From contig DATBIX010000046.1 of assembly GCA_036556665.1 (NCBI GenBank), positions 11,199 to 75,198 of the forward strand: a DNA stretch of 64,000 nucleotides, read 5' to 3'. The notes under the pieces are model-generated. The model ran no database searches. It was given only the letters and a program-made list of their open reading frames with translations, and was not told the DNA's origin. Shown here piece by piece: positions 34,350 through 44,073 of this stretch (the first letter of the stretch is position 1; the number at the start of each line of letters is the position of its first letter). Made by a program: the position numbers and the translations under genes. This DNA is from Acidimicrobiia bacterium. GTDB lineage: Bacteria > Actinomycetota > Acidimicrobiia > Spongiisociales > ZC4RG35.

Positions 34350-36508
34350 CGACAGCAACCGCGCCGGTCCACCGCCGGCTGGGGATGACCGACGAGGAGT
34401 ACGCGTCGGTCGTGGGCCTGCTCGGGCGGACCCCGCGACCAGCCGAGCTGGCCATGTACTCGGTCATGTGGTCCGAGCACTGCTCCTACAAGTCCTCACG
34501 CACCCATCTCGGCCGCTTCCCCACGGAGGCGCCCTGGGTCGTGGTGGGGCCAGGCGAGAACGCCGGCGTGGTCGACCTCGGTGACGGCTGGCTGGCTGCC
34601 CTCCGCATCGAGAGCCACAACCACCCCTCATTCGTCGAGCCCTACCAGGGGGCGGCCACCGGAGTGGGTGGCATCCTGCGCGACGTGTTCACCATGGGCG
34701 CCCGCCCGGTGGCATTGTGGGACCAGATCCGCTTCGGTCCGCTCGACGACCCGAAGAACCGGTACCTGTTCAACGGCGTGGTGGCGGGCATCGCCGGCTA
34801 CGGCAACGCGGTCGGGGTGCCGACGGTCGGCGGTGAGCTCGAGTTCGACGATTCGTACACGGGCAACCCCTTGGTGAACGTCATGTGCCTGGGCCTACTC
34901 CGTCGCGACCAACTCGTTCTCGGCACGGCGGGCGATCCCGACAACGTCGCCGTACTGCTCGGCAACGCAACAGGTCGTGATGGCATCGGGGGCGCCTCGG
35001 TGCTCGCCTCGGCGTCGTTCGACGAGACGTCGAGCGACAAGCGCCCAAGTGTCCAGGTCGGTGATCCCTTCGAGGAGAAGAAGCTGATCGAGGCCTGTCT
35101 CGAGCTCTACCAGAGGGGTCTCGTGGTCGGGGTGCAGGACCTGGGGGCAGCCGGCTTGTCCTGTGCCACCTCGGAGCCGGCGGGTCGGGCGGGAGTGGGG
35201 ATGGACGTCGACCTCGATGCGGTCCACGTTCGAGAAACCGGGATGACCGCTCCGGAGCTGCTCATGTCGGAGTCCCAGGAGCGGATGATGGCGTTCGTAT
35301 CGCCCAACCGGGTCGACGAAGTCCTGGCGGTCGCGGCGAAATGGGAGATAGACGGGGTCGTCGTCGGGACGGTTCGACCGGGAGGGACACTCACTGTTCG
35401 TCACGGGGGTGAAGTGGTGGCAGAAGTCCCGGCCGCCTCCTTGGCCGACGACGCCCCGAGGTACGACCGGCCCCTGGCCCGCCCTGAGTGGCTGGATCGG
35501 CTCTGGGAGGCGCCGGCGCGCCGGCTGGAGGAGAGCCCGGACCGGATCCTCCTTCGCCTGCTCGACGATCCGGCCCTGGGATCGACGGCCTGGGTCTACG
35601 AGCAGTACGACCACATGCTCTTCCTCAACACGATCATCGGTCCGGGCGGGGACGCCTCACTTCTCAGGATCAGGGGCACCGACAAGGCCCTGGCCGTCTC
35701 GACCGACGGGAACGGCCGCCTCTGCCGGCTCGATCCGAGACGCGGGGCGGCCCGCCTCCTCTTCGAGGCGGCCCTCAACGTTGCGGTGACCGGGGCCCGG
35801 CCGCTGGCGGTGGTCGACAACCTCAACTTCGGCAACCCCGAGAAGCCGACCGTCATGTGGCAGTTTCGGGAGAGCGTCGAAGGGATTTCGGAGGCATGTG
35901 AGGCCCTGGGCATCCCGGTGGTTGGAGGCAACGTCTCGTTCTACAACGAGAGCGAAGGCGAGGACATCCATCCCACCCCGGTGATCGGCCTGCTCGGGCT
36001 GGCCGATCCTGTCCCACAGCGGCCGCCACATCTCTCCCGGGCAGCCGACGGGATGGAGATCTGGGAGATCGGCCCGATGCCGACCGGAAATCTCGCCGGC
36101 ACCTCGGCACAACGTGTCATCCATGGCGACCTGACCGGCCGGCCCACGGCTGCCGACCCCGCGATGGCGTCCCGCATCGTCGGCCTCGCCGCCGAGCTCG
36201 CCCATCAGATCCCGGTGCTCCACGACGTCTCCGACGGCGGCCTGGCCCTCGCGGTGGCCGAGGTGTGCATCGCCTCGAACGTCGGGGCAGCCATCACCGA
36301 TGTAGCCACCGATCTGCTCTTCTCCGAGGACCCGCACCGCCTCCTGGCCGTCTTCGAGAGCGGGTCTGTGACTCTTCCCGACGACGTCAGCAGGCTGGTT
36401 GGCAGGATGGGGGGGGAGACACTCACACTGGCCGGGTCGGAGCCAATCCCACTCACCACGCTGCGCCGGGTCTACGACCAGGCCATCCCTCGCCGCATGT
36501 CGAACTGA
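34346..36508 (+). CDS. purL: FGAM synthase subunit PurL
   Basis: [18 protein letters not shown] and VQDLGAAGL motifs. 720 aa. Confidence 0.95.
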   Translation: MTTATAPVHRRLGMTDEEYASVVGLLGRTPRPAELAMYSVMWSEHCSYKSSRTHLGRFPTEAPWVVVGPGENAGVVDLGDGWLAALRIESHNHPSFVEPYQGAATGVGGILRDVFTMGARPVALWDQIRFGPLDDPKNRYLFNGVVAGIAGYGNAVGVPTVGGELEFDDSYTGNPLVNVMCLGLLRRDQLVLGTAGDPDNVAVLLGNATGRDGIGGASVLASASFDETSSDKRPSVQVGDPFEEKKLIEACLELYQRGLVVGVQDLGAAGLSCATSEPAGRAGVGMDVDLDAVHVRETGMTAPELLMSESQERMMAFVSPNRVDEVLAVAAKWEIDGVVVGTVRPGGTLTVRHGGEVVAEVPAASLADDAPRYDRPLARPEWLDRLWEAPARRLEESPDRILLRLLDDPALGSTAWVYEQYDHMLFLNTIIGPGGDASLLRIRGTDKALAVSTDGNGRLCRLDPRRGAARLLFEAALNVAVTGARPLAVVDNLNFGNPEKPTVMWQFRESVEGISEACEALGIPVVGGNVSFYNESEGEDIHPTPVIGLLGLADPVPQRPPHLSRAADGMEIWEIGPMPTGNLAGTSAQRVIHGDLTGRPTAADPAMASRIVGLAAELAHQIPVLHDVSDGGLALAVAEVCIASNVGAAITDVATDLLFSEDPHRLLAVFESGSVTLPDDVSRLVGRMGGETLTLAGSEPIPLTTLRRVYDQAIPRRMSN

Positions 36509-36511
36509 CGC

Positions 36512-37177
36512 TCAGTCGGGGCGGACCACCCAGCGCCCGCTCTCGTCCTGCTCCCAGGTCGAGCCAGATATCTCGATGACCACCGATGCCAGGTCCTTCA
36601 CGTCCCTCTTCAGGGTCTTCAACAACGCCTTGGCCTCGTCCTTGATCGCCCGTGCCTGCTCCAGTCGGTAGCGGAGCGGGACCTTCTTGGTGTCGGTCCG
36701 CGCTCGCACGGCCTCGGCGTGCTCGAGATTGATCCGCCGGCTCGTCTCGAAGAGCCCGATCAGGCTGAGGATCTGTTGGTCCGATAGCGAATCGAGGTAG
36801 GGCTGGGCCGCCTCGGCCACCGGTCCGTAGATCTCGTCCACCAGCTTCTTCGCCTCGGGAGTGAGCTCCAGCACCACCTTGCGCCGATCCATCGGGTCAC
36901 TGCCCCTCTGCATCAGCCCGGTCACCTCCAGCCGATCGACCACCGCGGTCACCGCTCCGGTGGTGAGACCGGCCTCCCGAGCCAGGTCACCCGCCGTCAT
37001 CCGGCCGTGTTGGTCGACCAGGTCGAGGCATCTGGCATCGGTTCGGTTGATGCCAACGAACCCGGCGAAGGCCTCGTCGAGCATGTCGGTGGCCGACTGC
37101 GCCGATCGCACCGCCTCGCCCAGTCGCCGAACCGCCTCGCCACGCTGATCTCTTGACAAATGAATATCTTGATTCAT
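36512..37177 (-). CDS. MarR-family transcriptional regulator with a ~70-aa C-terminal extension
   Basis: wHTH region MTAGDLAREAGLTTGAVTAVVDRLEVTGLMQRGSDPMDRRKV. Divergent from the ABC exporter genes. Confidence 0.8.
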   Translation of the reverse strand: MNQDIHLSRDQRGEAVRRLGEAVRSAQSATDMLDEAFAGFVGINRTDARCLDLVDQHGRMTAGDLAREAGLTTGAVTAVVDRLEVTGLMQRGSDPMDRRKVVLELTPEAKKLVDEIYGPVAEAAQPYLDSLSDQQILSLIGLFETSRRINLEHAEAVRARTDTKKVPLRYRLEQARAIKDEAKALLKTLKRDVKDLASVVIEISGSTWEQDESGRWVVRPD

Positions 37178-37182
37178 AAGCT
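37153..37182 (+). promoter_or_regulatory. Sigma-70-type promoter for the ABC operon: TTGACA-N18-TAAGCT
   Basis: -35 TTGACA at 37153-37158 and -10 TAAGCT at 37177-37182, in a locally AT-rich patch. SD GAGGAG at 37206-37211 precedes ATG 37218. Confidence 0.45.
37160..37177. promoter_or_regulatory. Inverted repeat ATGAAT-N6-ATTCAT in the promoter spacer (candidate MarR operator)
   Basis: ATGAAT (37160-37165) and ATTCAT (37172-37177). Overlaps the marR start codon and the -35/-10 spacer of the ABC promoter. Confidence 0.35.
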
Positions 37183-37217
37183 ACTTAGAGATTGAAGTAT
37201 AGCGCGAGGAGATCGAG

Positions 37218-38213
37218 ATGCCAGAGACGATGATCGAGTCACGGGGCCTGCGACGCATCTACCGGACGAAGAAGCAAGAGGTCGAAGCGGTGCGTGGTGT
37301 CGACTTCCAGGTCGAGACCGGGGAGATCGTCGGGTTCCTCGGCCCCAATGGGGCCGGGAAGACGACCACTCTTCGCATGCTCACCACCCTGCTCGAGCCA
37401 ACCGGTGGCGATGCCGTGGTGGCAGGTTGCGACCTACGCCTCGATCCCGTCGGGGTGAGGCGCCGGATCGGCTACGTGGCGCAGTCGGGCTCCACCGATC
37501 CCGAGGCACGGGCCGGAGAGGAGATCGTGGACCATGCCCGCATGTACGGGATCGCCTTCGATGTCGCCCGTCGCAGCGGAGCCGCCCTCTTCGAGCAACT
37601 CGATCTCGAGGGGATGTGGGAACGTCAGGCAAAGACCCTCTCGGGGGGCCAGCGGAGGCGGCTCGACATCGCCATGGGCCTGGTGCATCGTCCTGGACTG
37701 GTCTTTCTCGACGAGCCCTCCACCGGCCTCGACCCTCAGTCGAGAGCGAATCTCTGGGACCACGTCCGTCGGCTGCGCGACGACCTCGAGACGACGGTGT
37801 TCCTGACCACGCACTACATGGACGAGGCCGACGTCCTCTGTGATCGCATCCTGGTCATCGACGAAGGGGCGATCGTCGCCCAGGGGACGCCCGAGACGTT
37901 GAAGCGAAAGGTCGCCGGCGACTCTGTCACCCTCACCTTCGATCGACCGGACTCGGCCGCTTCCGCCGCCTTCCTCGCCAGCCAGTTGGCCGGGGCGGGC
38001 ACATCGGTGGTCGAAGGGGCCGAAGTCAGGTTCCAGGTGCCGGATGGGGCCAGTGCGCTCCCGGTCCTGCTCCGCATGCTGGTCGAGCGCGATCTCGACG
38101 CCATCGGGGTCCAGGTCAACCGCCCCACCCTCGACGACGTGTTCCTGACAGTGACCGGTCGCTCACTACGCGATGACATCTCGTTCTCCGACCCGGCCGA
38201 CCGGGCAGCTTGA
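37218..38213 (+). CDS. ABC transporter ATP-binding protein (DrrA-like, ABC-2 subfamily)
   Basis: Walker A GPNGAGKTT, signature LSGGQRRR, Walker B VFLDEPSTGLD. Confidence 0.9.
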   Translation: MPETMIESRGLRRIYRTKKQEVEAVRGVDFQVETGEIVGFLGPNGAGKTTTLRMLTTLLEPTGGDAVVAGCDLRLDPVGVRRRIGYVAQSGSTDPEARAGEEIVDHARMYGIAFDVARRSGAALFEQLDLEGMWERQAKTLSGGQRRRLDIAMGLVHRPGLVFLDEPSTGLDPQSRANLWDHVRRLRDDLETTVFLTTHYMDEADVLCDRILVIDEGAIVAQGTPETLKRKVAGDSVTLTFDRPDSAASAAFLASQLAGAGTSVVEGAEVRFQVPDGASALPVLLRMLVERDLDAIGVQVNRPTLDDVFLTVTGRSLRDDISFSDPADRAA

Positions 38214-38227
38214 AAGGACACGATCCG

Positions 38228-38989
38228 ATGCGATTCATCACAGACACCTGGCTGGTCTTCAGCCGAGCGATGAGGCTCTCCCTGCGCAACCCCGTTTGGG
38301 TGATCCTGGGGCTGATCCAGCCGATCCTCTACCTCACCCTCTTTGGCCCGCTGCTGGAGCCGGTGGCATCGGCACCAGGTTTCCCACCGGGAGACGCCTG
38401 GAAGGTGTTCGTGCCCGGCCTCCTGGTCCAGTTGGGGATGTTCGCCGCCGCCTTTGCCGGATTCGGGCTGATCGCCGAGTGGCGAGCCGGGGTCGTGGAG
38501 CGGATGAGAGTCACCCCGGCCGGACGGGGTGCCCTGCTCCTCGGGCGTGTCCTTCGCGACGTGGTGGTCGTCGTGATCCAGGGGGTGATCCTGGTCGGGG
38601 CGGCGATGTGGGCGGGCCTGGAGGCACCGCTGCCCAGCCTGCTGATCGGGATCGTCTTCGTGGCCCTGCTGGCTGCCGCCTTCGGGGCGCTGTCCTATGG
38701 CGCCGCCCTCAAGCTGAAGAGTGAGGATGCATTCGCTCCGTTGCTCAATGGGCTGATAGTCCCGGTCCTCTTGTTGTCGGGGATCCTGCTGCCAATGGCC
38801 CTGGCCCCGGCCTGGCTGCAGACCGTGGCCGACTTCAATCCCTTGACCCATGTGGTGGAAGGGCTCAGGGCGGTGTTCCGCGGTGAGACCGGATCGGGAG
38901 ACGCCGTCCTCGGTGGTGTGGTCACCATCGCCCTCGTCTTGGTCGGGCTGTTCTACGGGGTGAGGGTGTTTCGCCGGGAATCTGCCTGA
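38228..38989 (+). CDS. ABC-2-type transporter permease (DrrB-like)
   Basis: Six hydrophobic spans. I prefer ATG 38228 (AAAGGA 9 nt upstream). TTG 38210, which overlaps the ATPase stop, is the alternative. Confidence 0.8.
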   Translation: MRFITDTWLVFSRAMRLSLRNPVWVILGLIQPILYLTLFGPLLEPVASAPGFPPGDAWKVFVPGLLVQLGMFAAAFAGFGLIAEWRAGVVERMRVTPAGRGALLLGRVLRDVVVVVIQGVILVGAAMWAGLEAPLPSLLIGIVFVALLAAAFGALSYGAALKLKSEDAFAPLLNGLIVPVLLLSGILLPMALAPAWLQTVADFNPLTHVVEGLRAVFRGETGSGDAVLGGVVTIALVLVGLFYGVRVFRRESA

Positions 38990-38991
38990 TC

Positions 38992-39033
38992 GGTATCGGG
39001 CCCTGGATTGAGCCAGGCGGATAAGCCGATACC
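38992..39033 (+). terminator. Nested stem-loop after the ABC permease gene
   Basis: GGTATCGG (38992-38999) pairs with CCGATACC (39026-39033). The inner stem CCTGG/CCAGG lies within it. Followed by ATTTG only (weak U tract). Overlaps the pfk -10-like element. Confidence 0.3.
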
Positions 39034-39035
39034 AT
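39030..39035 (+). promoter_or_regulatory. -10-like hexamer TACCAT, 6 nt upstream of the pfk ATG 39042 (leaderless-type)
   Basis: TACCAT-ttgccc-ATG with no SD. Confidence 0.35.
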
Positions 39036-39041
39036 TTGCCC

Positions 39042-40157
39042 ATGGCCAGGAGCATCGGGATCCTCACCGCCGGCGGTGACAGCCCCGGGCTCAACGCTGC
39101 CATCCGGGCCGTGGGCAAGGCGGCGCAGCGCGCCTATGGCATGCACGTCATCGGGTTCCAGGACGGATTCCTGGGGCTGATGCAGAACCGATTCGTGCGA
39201 CTCGACTCCGATTCGCTCTCAGGGATCCTGATCAAGGGCGGGACGGTGCTCGGGACCAGCCGCGCCAAGGTCGACAAGATGGAGATGGGCGACGGGCGGA
39301 GGATGGACATGCGCTCGCTGATGCGTGACATCGTCGATCAGCACGAGCTGGAGGCATTGGTGGTTCTCGGGGGAGACGGGACGATGCGCAACGCCCTCAA
39401 GCTCGAGGACGTCGGGATCAAGGTGCTGGCCCTGCCCAAGACCATCGACAACGACGTGACCGGGACCGACGTCACTTTTGGGTTCGACACGGCGATGGGG
39501 ATCGCCACCGAGGCGATCGACCGCCTCCATTCGACCGCACACTCCCACCACCGGATCATCCTGGCCGAGGTGATGGGCCACGAGGTCGGCTGGCTGGCGC
39601 TGGGAGCCGGGCTGGCCGGTGGCGCCGACGTGGTCCTCATCCCGGAGATCCCATATGACATAGAGGCGGTCGCCTCGTCGATCCAGAGTCGGAAGGCGGC
39701 AGGTAGCGCCTTCTCGATCGTCGCCGTGGCGGAAGGCGCCTACTCCCGTGAGGACGCTCTGTCCAGGTCAACCCTTCTCGAGGAGCTGGAGTCGGCGTCC
39801 GGCGAGGAGAAGCAGACGATTCGCGAGCGGCTGTCCGCTCTGGAGAAGTCGGCGCGCACTCAGAGGCTGGCCACCGCCCTGGAAGAGGCGACCGGGCTCG
39901 AGTCGCGGGTCACGATCCTCGGCCATGTGCAGAGGGGCGGGACTCCCTCACCGGCCGATCGACTGCTCGCCACCCGGTTGGGGACGGCGGCCGCTTCCTA
40001 TGCTGCGGAGGGAGTGCACGGCGTGATGGTCGCCGCTCGTGGCGAGGGGACCGAGCCGGTCCCGTTGAAAGAGATCGCCGGGATCACCAAGTTCGTCCCG
40101 CTCGACCATCCCTGGGTGAGCGCAGCCAAGAGCCTCGGGATCGTCTTCGGCGACTGA
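39042..40157 (+). CDS. pfkA: 6-phosphofructokinase (actinobacterial ATP-PFK type: GGDG plus PKTIDND)
   Basis: [24 protein letters not shown] and PKTIDNDV motifs. I prefer ATG 39042 over the track's TTG 39036. Confidence 0.9.
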   Translation: MARSIGILTAGGDSPGLNAAIRAVGKAAQRAYGMHVIGFQDGFLGLMQNRFVRLDSDSLSGILIKGGTVLGTSRAKVDKMEMGDGRRMDMRSLMRDIVDQHELEALVVLGGDGTMRNALKLEDVGIKVLALPKTIDNDVTGTDVTFGFDTAMGIATEAIDRLHSTAHSHHRIILAEVMGHEVGWLALGAGLAGGADVVLIPEIPYDIEAVASSIQSRKAAGSAFSIVAVAEGAYSREDALSRSTLLEELESASGEEKQTIRERLSALEKSARTQRLATALEEATGLESRVTILGHVQRGGTPSPADRLLATRLGTAAASYAAEGVHGVMVAARGEGTEPVPLKEIAGITKFVPLDHPWVSAAKSLGIVFGD

Positions 40158-40186
40158 CCGCCGGGATGGCCGCCACGCGTTCGGCC

Positions 40187-40192
40187 TAGCCT
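40187..40192 (+). promoter_or_regulatory. -10-like hexamer TAGCCT, 6 nt upstream of the mobA-like ATG (leaderless-type)
   Basis: TAGCCT-gccctc-ATG with no SD. Confidence 0.35.
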
Positions 40193-40198
40193 GCCCTC

Positions 40199-40765
40199 AT
40201 GTCATTGCTCGGAGCGGTTCTCGCCGGCGGACGCAGCTCGCGGATGGGGACCGACAAAGCGGGCATCGAGATCGACGGCAGCTCGTTGTTGGACCGGGTC
40301 GGCGGGGCCGTCGGCCAGGTCGCGTCGAGGGTGGTAGTCCTCGGTGCCGACCGGCCCGGGTACGAGGCATGGCCCGACCTGGCCCCCACGTCCGGGCCTC
40401 TGGCCGGGGTGGCCACTGTGCTGGGACGGATGACGGAGGACCGGGCACTCGTGGTCGCCGTCGACAATGCCTTCGTCCGCCCCGACACGCTGGCCCACCT
40501 CGCCGCGATCGACTCCGACCTCCCCGTGGTCCCGGTGGACGAGGATGGTGTGCGCCAGGTCACCTGCGCGGTCTACCCCGGGACAATCGCCGAATTGGCC
40601 ATGGAGGAGGCGATGAGCGGCGGATCGATCCAGACCCTGCTCGATCGCGTCTCCTTCCTCCCGGTCACCCCGGACGTTTGGAGCGGATGGGACGAGGACG
40701 GTCGCAGCTGGTTCTCGGTAGACACACCCGAGGACGTCGAGACAGGTCGGCTCCGGTACTCCTGA
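40199..40765 (+). CDS. Molybdenum cofactor nucleotidyltransferase (MobA/MocA-like)
   Basis: The LAGGRSSRMGTDKA N-terminal motif belongs to the NTP_transf_3 family. I cannot tell guanylyl- from cytidylyl-transferase specificity. Confidence 0.75.
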   Translation: MSLLGAVLAGGRSSRMGTDKAGIEIDGSSLLDRVGGAVGQVASRVVVLGADRPGYEAWPDLAPTSGPLAGVATVLGRMTEDRALVVAVDNAFVRPDTLAHLAAIDSDLPVVPVDEDGVRQVTCAVYPGTIAELAMEEAMSGGSIQTLLDRVSFLPVTPDVWSGWDEDGRSWFSVDTPEDVETGRLRYS

Positions 40766-40832
40766 CCTCGGCCATCCTGCCCTCCAGCTTCGGCCGTTCT
40801 CTGTAGTCTCGCGGCAACAGAAAGGTGGTCGA

Positions 40833-41117
40833 ATGGGTTGTTTCCTCCTGCTGCTGACCCTGATCAGCCCGAGGCTCGCCATGGTGGCGATCTGGCTGAT
40901 AACCGATTGGGAGGATCGGGCGTTCAGCGGGTGGCTGCTCCCCCTGCTCGGGATCGTCTTCCTGCCCTGGACCACCCTTCTCTACACCATCGGATACATC
41001 GTCTCCGACGATCAAGCGGCACCCTGGGGGATACTCGGGATCATCATCGGCCTCTTCCTCGACATCGCCGTCCACGCCGGATCGGCCGTGCAGGGGAGAC
41101 GTCGCTACTCGACCTGA
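40833..41117 (+). CDS. Small membrane protein (94 aa, 3 predicted TM), unknown function
   Basis: Hydrophobic ORF in an otherwise unassigned gap. No family recognised. Confidence 0.45.
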   Translation: MGCFLLLLTLISPRLAMVAIWLITDWEDRAFSGWLLPLLGIVFLPWTTLLYTIGYIVSDDQAAPWGILGIIIGLFLDIAVHAGSAVQGRRRYST

Positions 41118-41132
41118 TCGGGGCCCGAGCCC

Positions 41133-41648
41133 GTGGAGCCGGTGATCGACCCCACTGCCCTCATCGCCCCTGGCGCCCGGGTCCACGGCGAGGTCACCAT
41201 CGGGCCTCGGTCGTTCATCCTGTACGGGACGGTGATCCGCGCCGAGCTCGATCGCATCGCGGTCGGAGCCGAGACCAACATCCAGGACAACAGCGTGGTC
41301 CACTGCGACGAGGGCATACCCTGTCTCATCGGTGACCGGGTGACGGTGGGTCACGCCGCCGTGGTACATGGGGCCTCGGTTGGCGATCGATGTCTGGTGG
41401 GCATCGGGGCCATCCTGCTCAACCGCTCCAAGCTGGGAGAGGGCGCCTGGCTCGCCGCCGGATCGGTCCTGACCGAGGGAGCGCACATCCCGGCCTGGAC
41501 CCTCGCCGTGGGCGTCCCCGCCCGGGCTCTGAGAGAGCTCACGGAGGACGAGGTCGCCCGAGCGGACGAAGGGGTCGAGCACTACCTCGACTTGCTCGAG
41601 AGTTATCGGAGCACCTTCCTCTCCGGGGGTGGCGGGCCAGACCCCTGA
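41133..41648 (+). CDS. Gamma-carbonic-anhydrase-like hexapeptide-repeat protein (YrdA/PaaY-like)
   Basis: Left-handed beta-helix repeats, with NIQDNSVVH and VTVGHAAVVHG motifs. Confidence 0.85.
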   Translation: MEPVIDPTALIAPGARVHGEVTIGPRSFILYGTVIRAELDRIAVGAETNIQDNSVVHCDEGIPCLIGDRVTVGHAAVVHGASVGDRCLVGIGAILLNRSKLGEGAWLAAGSVLTEGAHIPAWTLAVGVPARALRELTEDEVARADEGVEHYLDLLESYRSTFLSGGGGPDP

Positions 41649-41654
41649 TCTCAC

Positions 41655-41660
41655 TACGAT
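41655..41660 (+). promoter_or_regulatory. -10-like hexamer TACGAT, 6 nt upstream of the purF GTG (leaderless-type)
   Basis: TACGAT-ggcctc-GTG with no SD. Confidence 0.35.
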
Positions 41661-41666
41661 GGCCTC

Positions 41667-43097
41667 GTGCCCGAGGAGGCGATCGTCCGGATCAGCAAAG
41701 GGCCCCGAGAGGCATGCGGGGTTTTCGCCGCCTACACCCCGGGCCAGCGGGTATCCAGCGTCATCTACTACGGCCTGTACGCCCTTCAGCATCGCGGTCA
41801 GGAGTCGGCCGGCATCGCTACCTCCGACGGGGAGACCGTCACCGTGTTCAAGGACCTGGGCCTGGTCGCACAGGTCTTCGACGAGCCCGCCCTGGCCGGG
41901 CTCGACGGGCACCTGGGGATAGGGCACACCCGGTACTCGACCACAGGGTCGAACAACTGGGCCAACGCCCAGCCCGCCCACCGTCAGGTCGGGCACACCA
42001 GCATCGCCCTCGGCCACAACGGGAACCTGACCAACACCACGGAACTGGCCGAGCGACTGGGCCTGAAAGGGGCGACCACCGACTCGGACTTGATGGCCGA
42101 GGGCATCGCCCGGGCCCTGGACGACGAGAGGAGCGACAGCCGCGGGTTGGAGAAGGCGATCCTCGAGGTCGCCCCCACCTGGGAAGGTGCCTTCTCCCTG
42201 GTGATCATGGACCAGGGACGGATCGTCGGAGTCCGTGACCCTCATGGCTTTCGGCCGCTGTGTCTCGGCTCGTTCCCGGAGGGCGGCTGGGTCATGGCTT
42301 CGGAGACGGCAGCGCTCGACCTGGTCGGCGCCTCATTCGTCCGGGAGGTGGCTGCCGGGGAGATGGTCGTCATCGACGCCAACGGGCTCCACAGCTACTC
42401 CCTGACCCCCCATCCACAACCAGGCCTCTGCCTGTTCGAATTCGTCTACTTCGCCCGCCCCGACAGCCACATGTACGGGCGGGGGATCCACGCCGCCCGC
42501 AGCCAGATGGGCGAGAACCTCGCCCGGGAGCACCCGGTCGACGCCGACGTTGTAGTGCCGGTCCCCGAGTCGGGCCTTCCCGCCGCGCAGGGGTTCTCGC
42601 GAGAGAGCGGGATCCCATACGCCGACGGCCTGGTCAAGAACCGGTACATCGGCCGTACCTTCATCGAGCCGACGCAGAGCCTGCGCGACCGTGGCATACG
42701 TCTCAAGCTCAATCCCATCCCGGACAATCTGCGCGACAGGCGGGTCGTCTTGGTGGATGACTCGATCGTGCGAGGCTCGACCACGCGCAAGCTGGTCCAG
42801 ATGATCCGGGACGCAGGAGCCACCGAGGTCCATCTCAGGGTGTCATCGCCCCCCTATCGGTGGCCTTGCTTCTACGGGATGGACACCTCAGATCGCTCCA
42901 CCCTGATCGCGGCCAGCCTCGAGGTCGAGGAGATACGGCGGCACGTCGGTGCAGACTCCCTCGGTTATCTCTCGCTCCAGGGTCTCCTCGACGCAACAGG
43001 AGTGGCCGACGCCGGGTTTTGCACGGCTTGCCTCTCGGGGGAGTATCCGACCGAGATCCCCGAGGTGACGGACAAGTACCAGCTCGAGCGGTCCTGA
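41667..43097 (+). CDS. purF: Amidophosphoribosyltransferase
   Basis: Propeptide followed by the CGVFA nucleophile. YALQHRGQESAGI and the PRT motif VVLVDDSIVRGST are present. Confidence 0.95.
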   Translation: MPEEAIVRISKGPREACGVFAAYTPGQRVSSVIYYGLYALQHRGQESAGIATSDGETVTVFKDLGLVAQVFDEPALAGLDGHLGIGHTRYSTTGSNNWANAQPAHRQVGHTSIALGHNGNLTNTTELAERLGLKGATTDSDLMAEGIARALDDERSDSRGLEKAILEVAPTWEGAFSLVIMDQGRIVGVRDPHGFRPLCLGSFPEGGWVMASETAALDLVGASFVREVAAGEMVVIDANGLHSYSLTPHPQPGLCLFEFVYFARPDSHMYGRGIHAARSQMGENLAREHPVDADVVVPVPESGLPAAQGFSRESGIPYADGLVKNRYIGRTFIEPTQSLRDRGIRLKLNPIPDNLRDRRVVLVDDSIVRGSTTRKLVQMIRDAGATEVHLRVSSPPYRWPCFYGMDTSDRSTLIAASLEVEEIRRHVGADSLGYLSLQGLLDATGVADAGFCTACLSGEYPTEIPEVTDKYQLERS

Positions 43098-43098
43098 C

Positions 43099-44073
43099 GT
43101 GACCAGCTACCGCGAGGCCGGGGTCGACCTGGAAGGGTCGCAACGTCATGTCGAGACCATTGCCCCTTCGGTCACATCCACCTGGAGCGACCGGGTGATC
43201 GGCGGGTTCGGAGGGTTTGCCGCCGGCGTCGAGGTTCCCTCCGGCTACGCCCACCCGGTCATGATGATGTCGACCGACGGGGTCGGAACCAAGCTCGACC
43301 TGGCGCGGCGGGGTGATTCTTGGCAAGGGGTGGGGTTCGACCTGGTTGCCATGTGCGTCGACGATCTCGCCGCGGTCGGGGCTGCGCCACTCGGCTTCGT
43401 CGACTACATGGCGGTCGGCTCACTCCGACCCGACCGGGACGCGGCAATCGTGGCTTCGATCGCGTCGGCATGTGGCGAAGCGGGCTGTCCGCTCCTTGGC
43501 GGCGAGACGGCAGAGCACCCCGGCGTCATGGCCGACGATGCCGTCGATCTCGCCGGTGCGGCAATGGGGGTCGTCGAGCTCGGGGAGCAGCTCGGGCCCG
43601 ATCGGGTGGGGGCGGGGGACATCGTCGTGGCCCTGGCCTCCCCCAACCTCCGCTCCAACGGGTTCTCCCTGGTTCGGGCGGTCCTGGGAGAAGACCTCGA
43701 CCCGTTGCTCGGGGCGCTCCTCGAGCCCTCCGTGATCTACTCGCCGGACGTCCTGGCCGCCTTGACCACCGGGGCGGTGCACGCGGCGGCCCACATCACC
43801 GGTGGCGGCCTCCCCGGGAACCTGAGTCGGGCGCTGCCGCCGGGTCTGGGGATGGTCATCGACACGTCATCGTGGCATGTGCCTCAGATCTTCGAGTCGG
43901 TGGCGGAGCGGGGGGTGGAGAGAGACGAGATGTTCTCCACTTTCAACATGGGCGTCGGTTTCTGTCTCGTCGTCGAGCCCGGAGGAGTCGGAGAAGTGCT
44001 GGCGGCGACGGCGCGCCACTCGCCGTGGCAGGTGGGTGAGGTCGTGGCCCGATCCGGAGTCGTGTTCGAATGA
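43099..44073 (+). CDS. purM: AIR synthetase
   Basis: YREAGVD start and DGVGTK and GGETAEHPG motifs. GTG start 1 nt after the purF stop. Confidence 0.95.
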   Translation: MTSYREAGVDLEGSQRHVETIAPSVTSTWSDRVIGGFGGFAAGVEVPSGYAHPVMMMSTDGVGTKLDLARRGDSWQGVGFDLVAMCVDDLAAVGAAPLGFVDYMAVGSLRPDRDAAIVASIASACGEAGCPLLGGETAEHPGVMADDAVDLAGAAMGVVELGEQLGPDRVGAGDIVVALASPNLRSNGFSLVRAVLGEDLDPLLGALLEPSVIYSPDVLAALTTGAVHAAAHITGGGLPGNLSRALPPGLGMVIDTSSWHVPQIFESVAERGVERDEMFSTFNMGVGFCLVVEPGGVGEVLAATARHSPWQVGEVVARSGVVFE

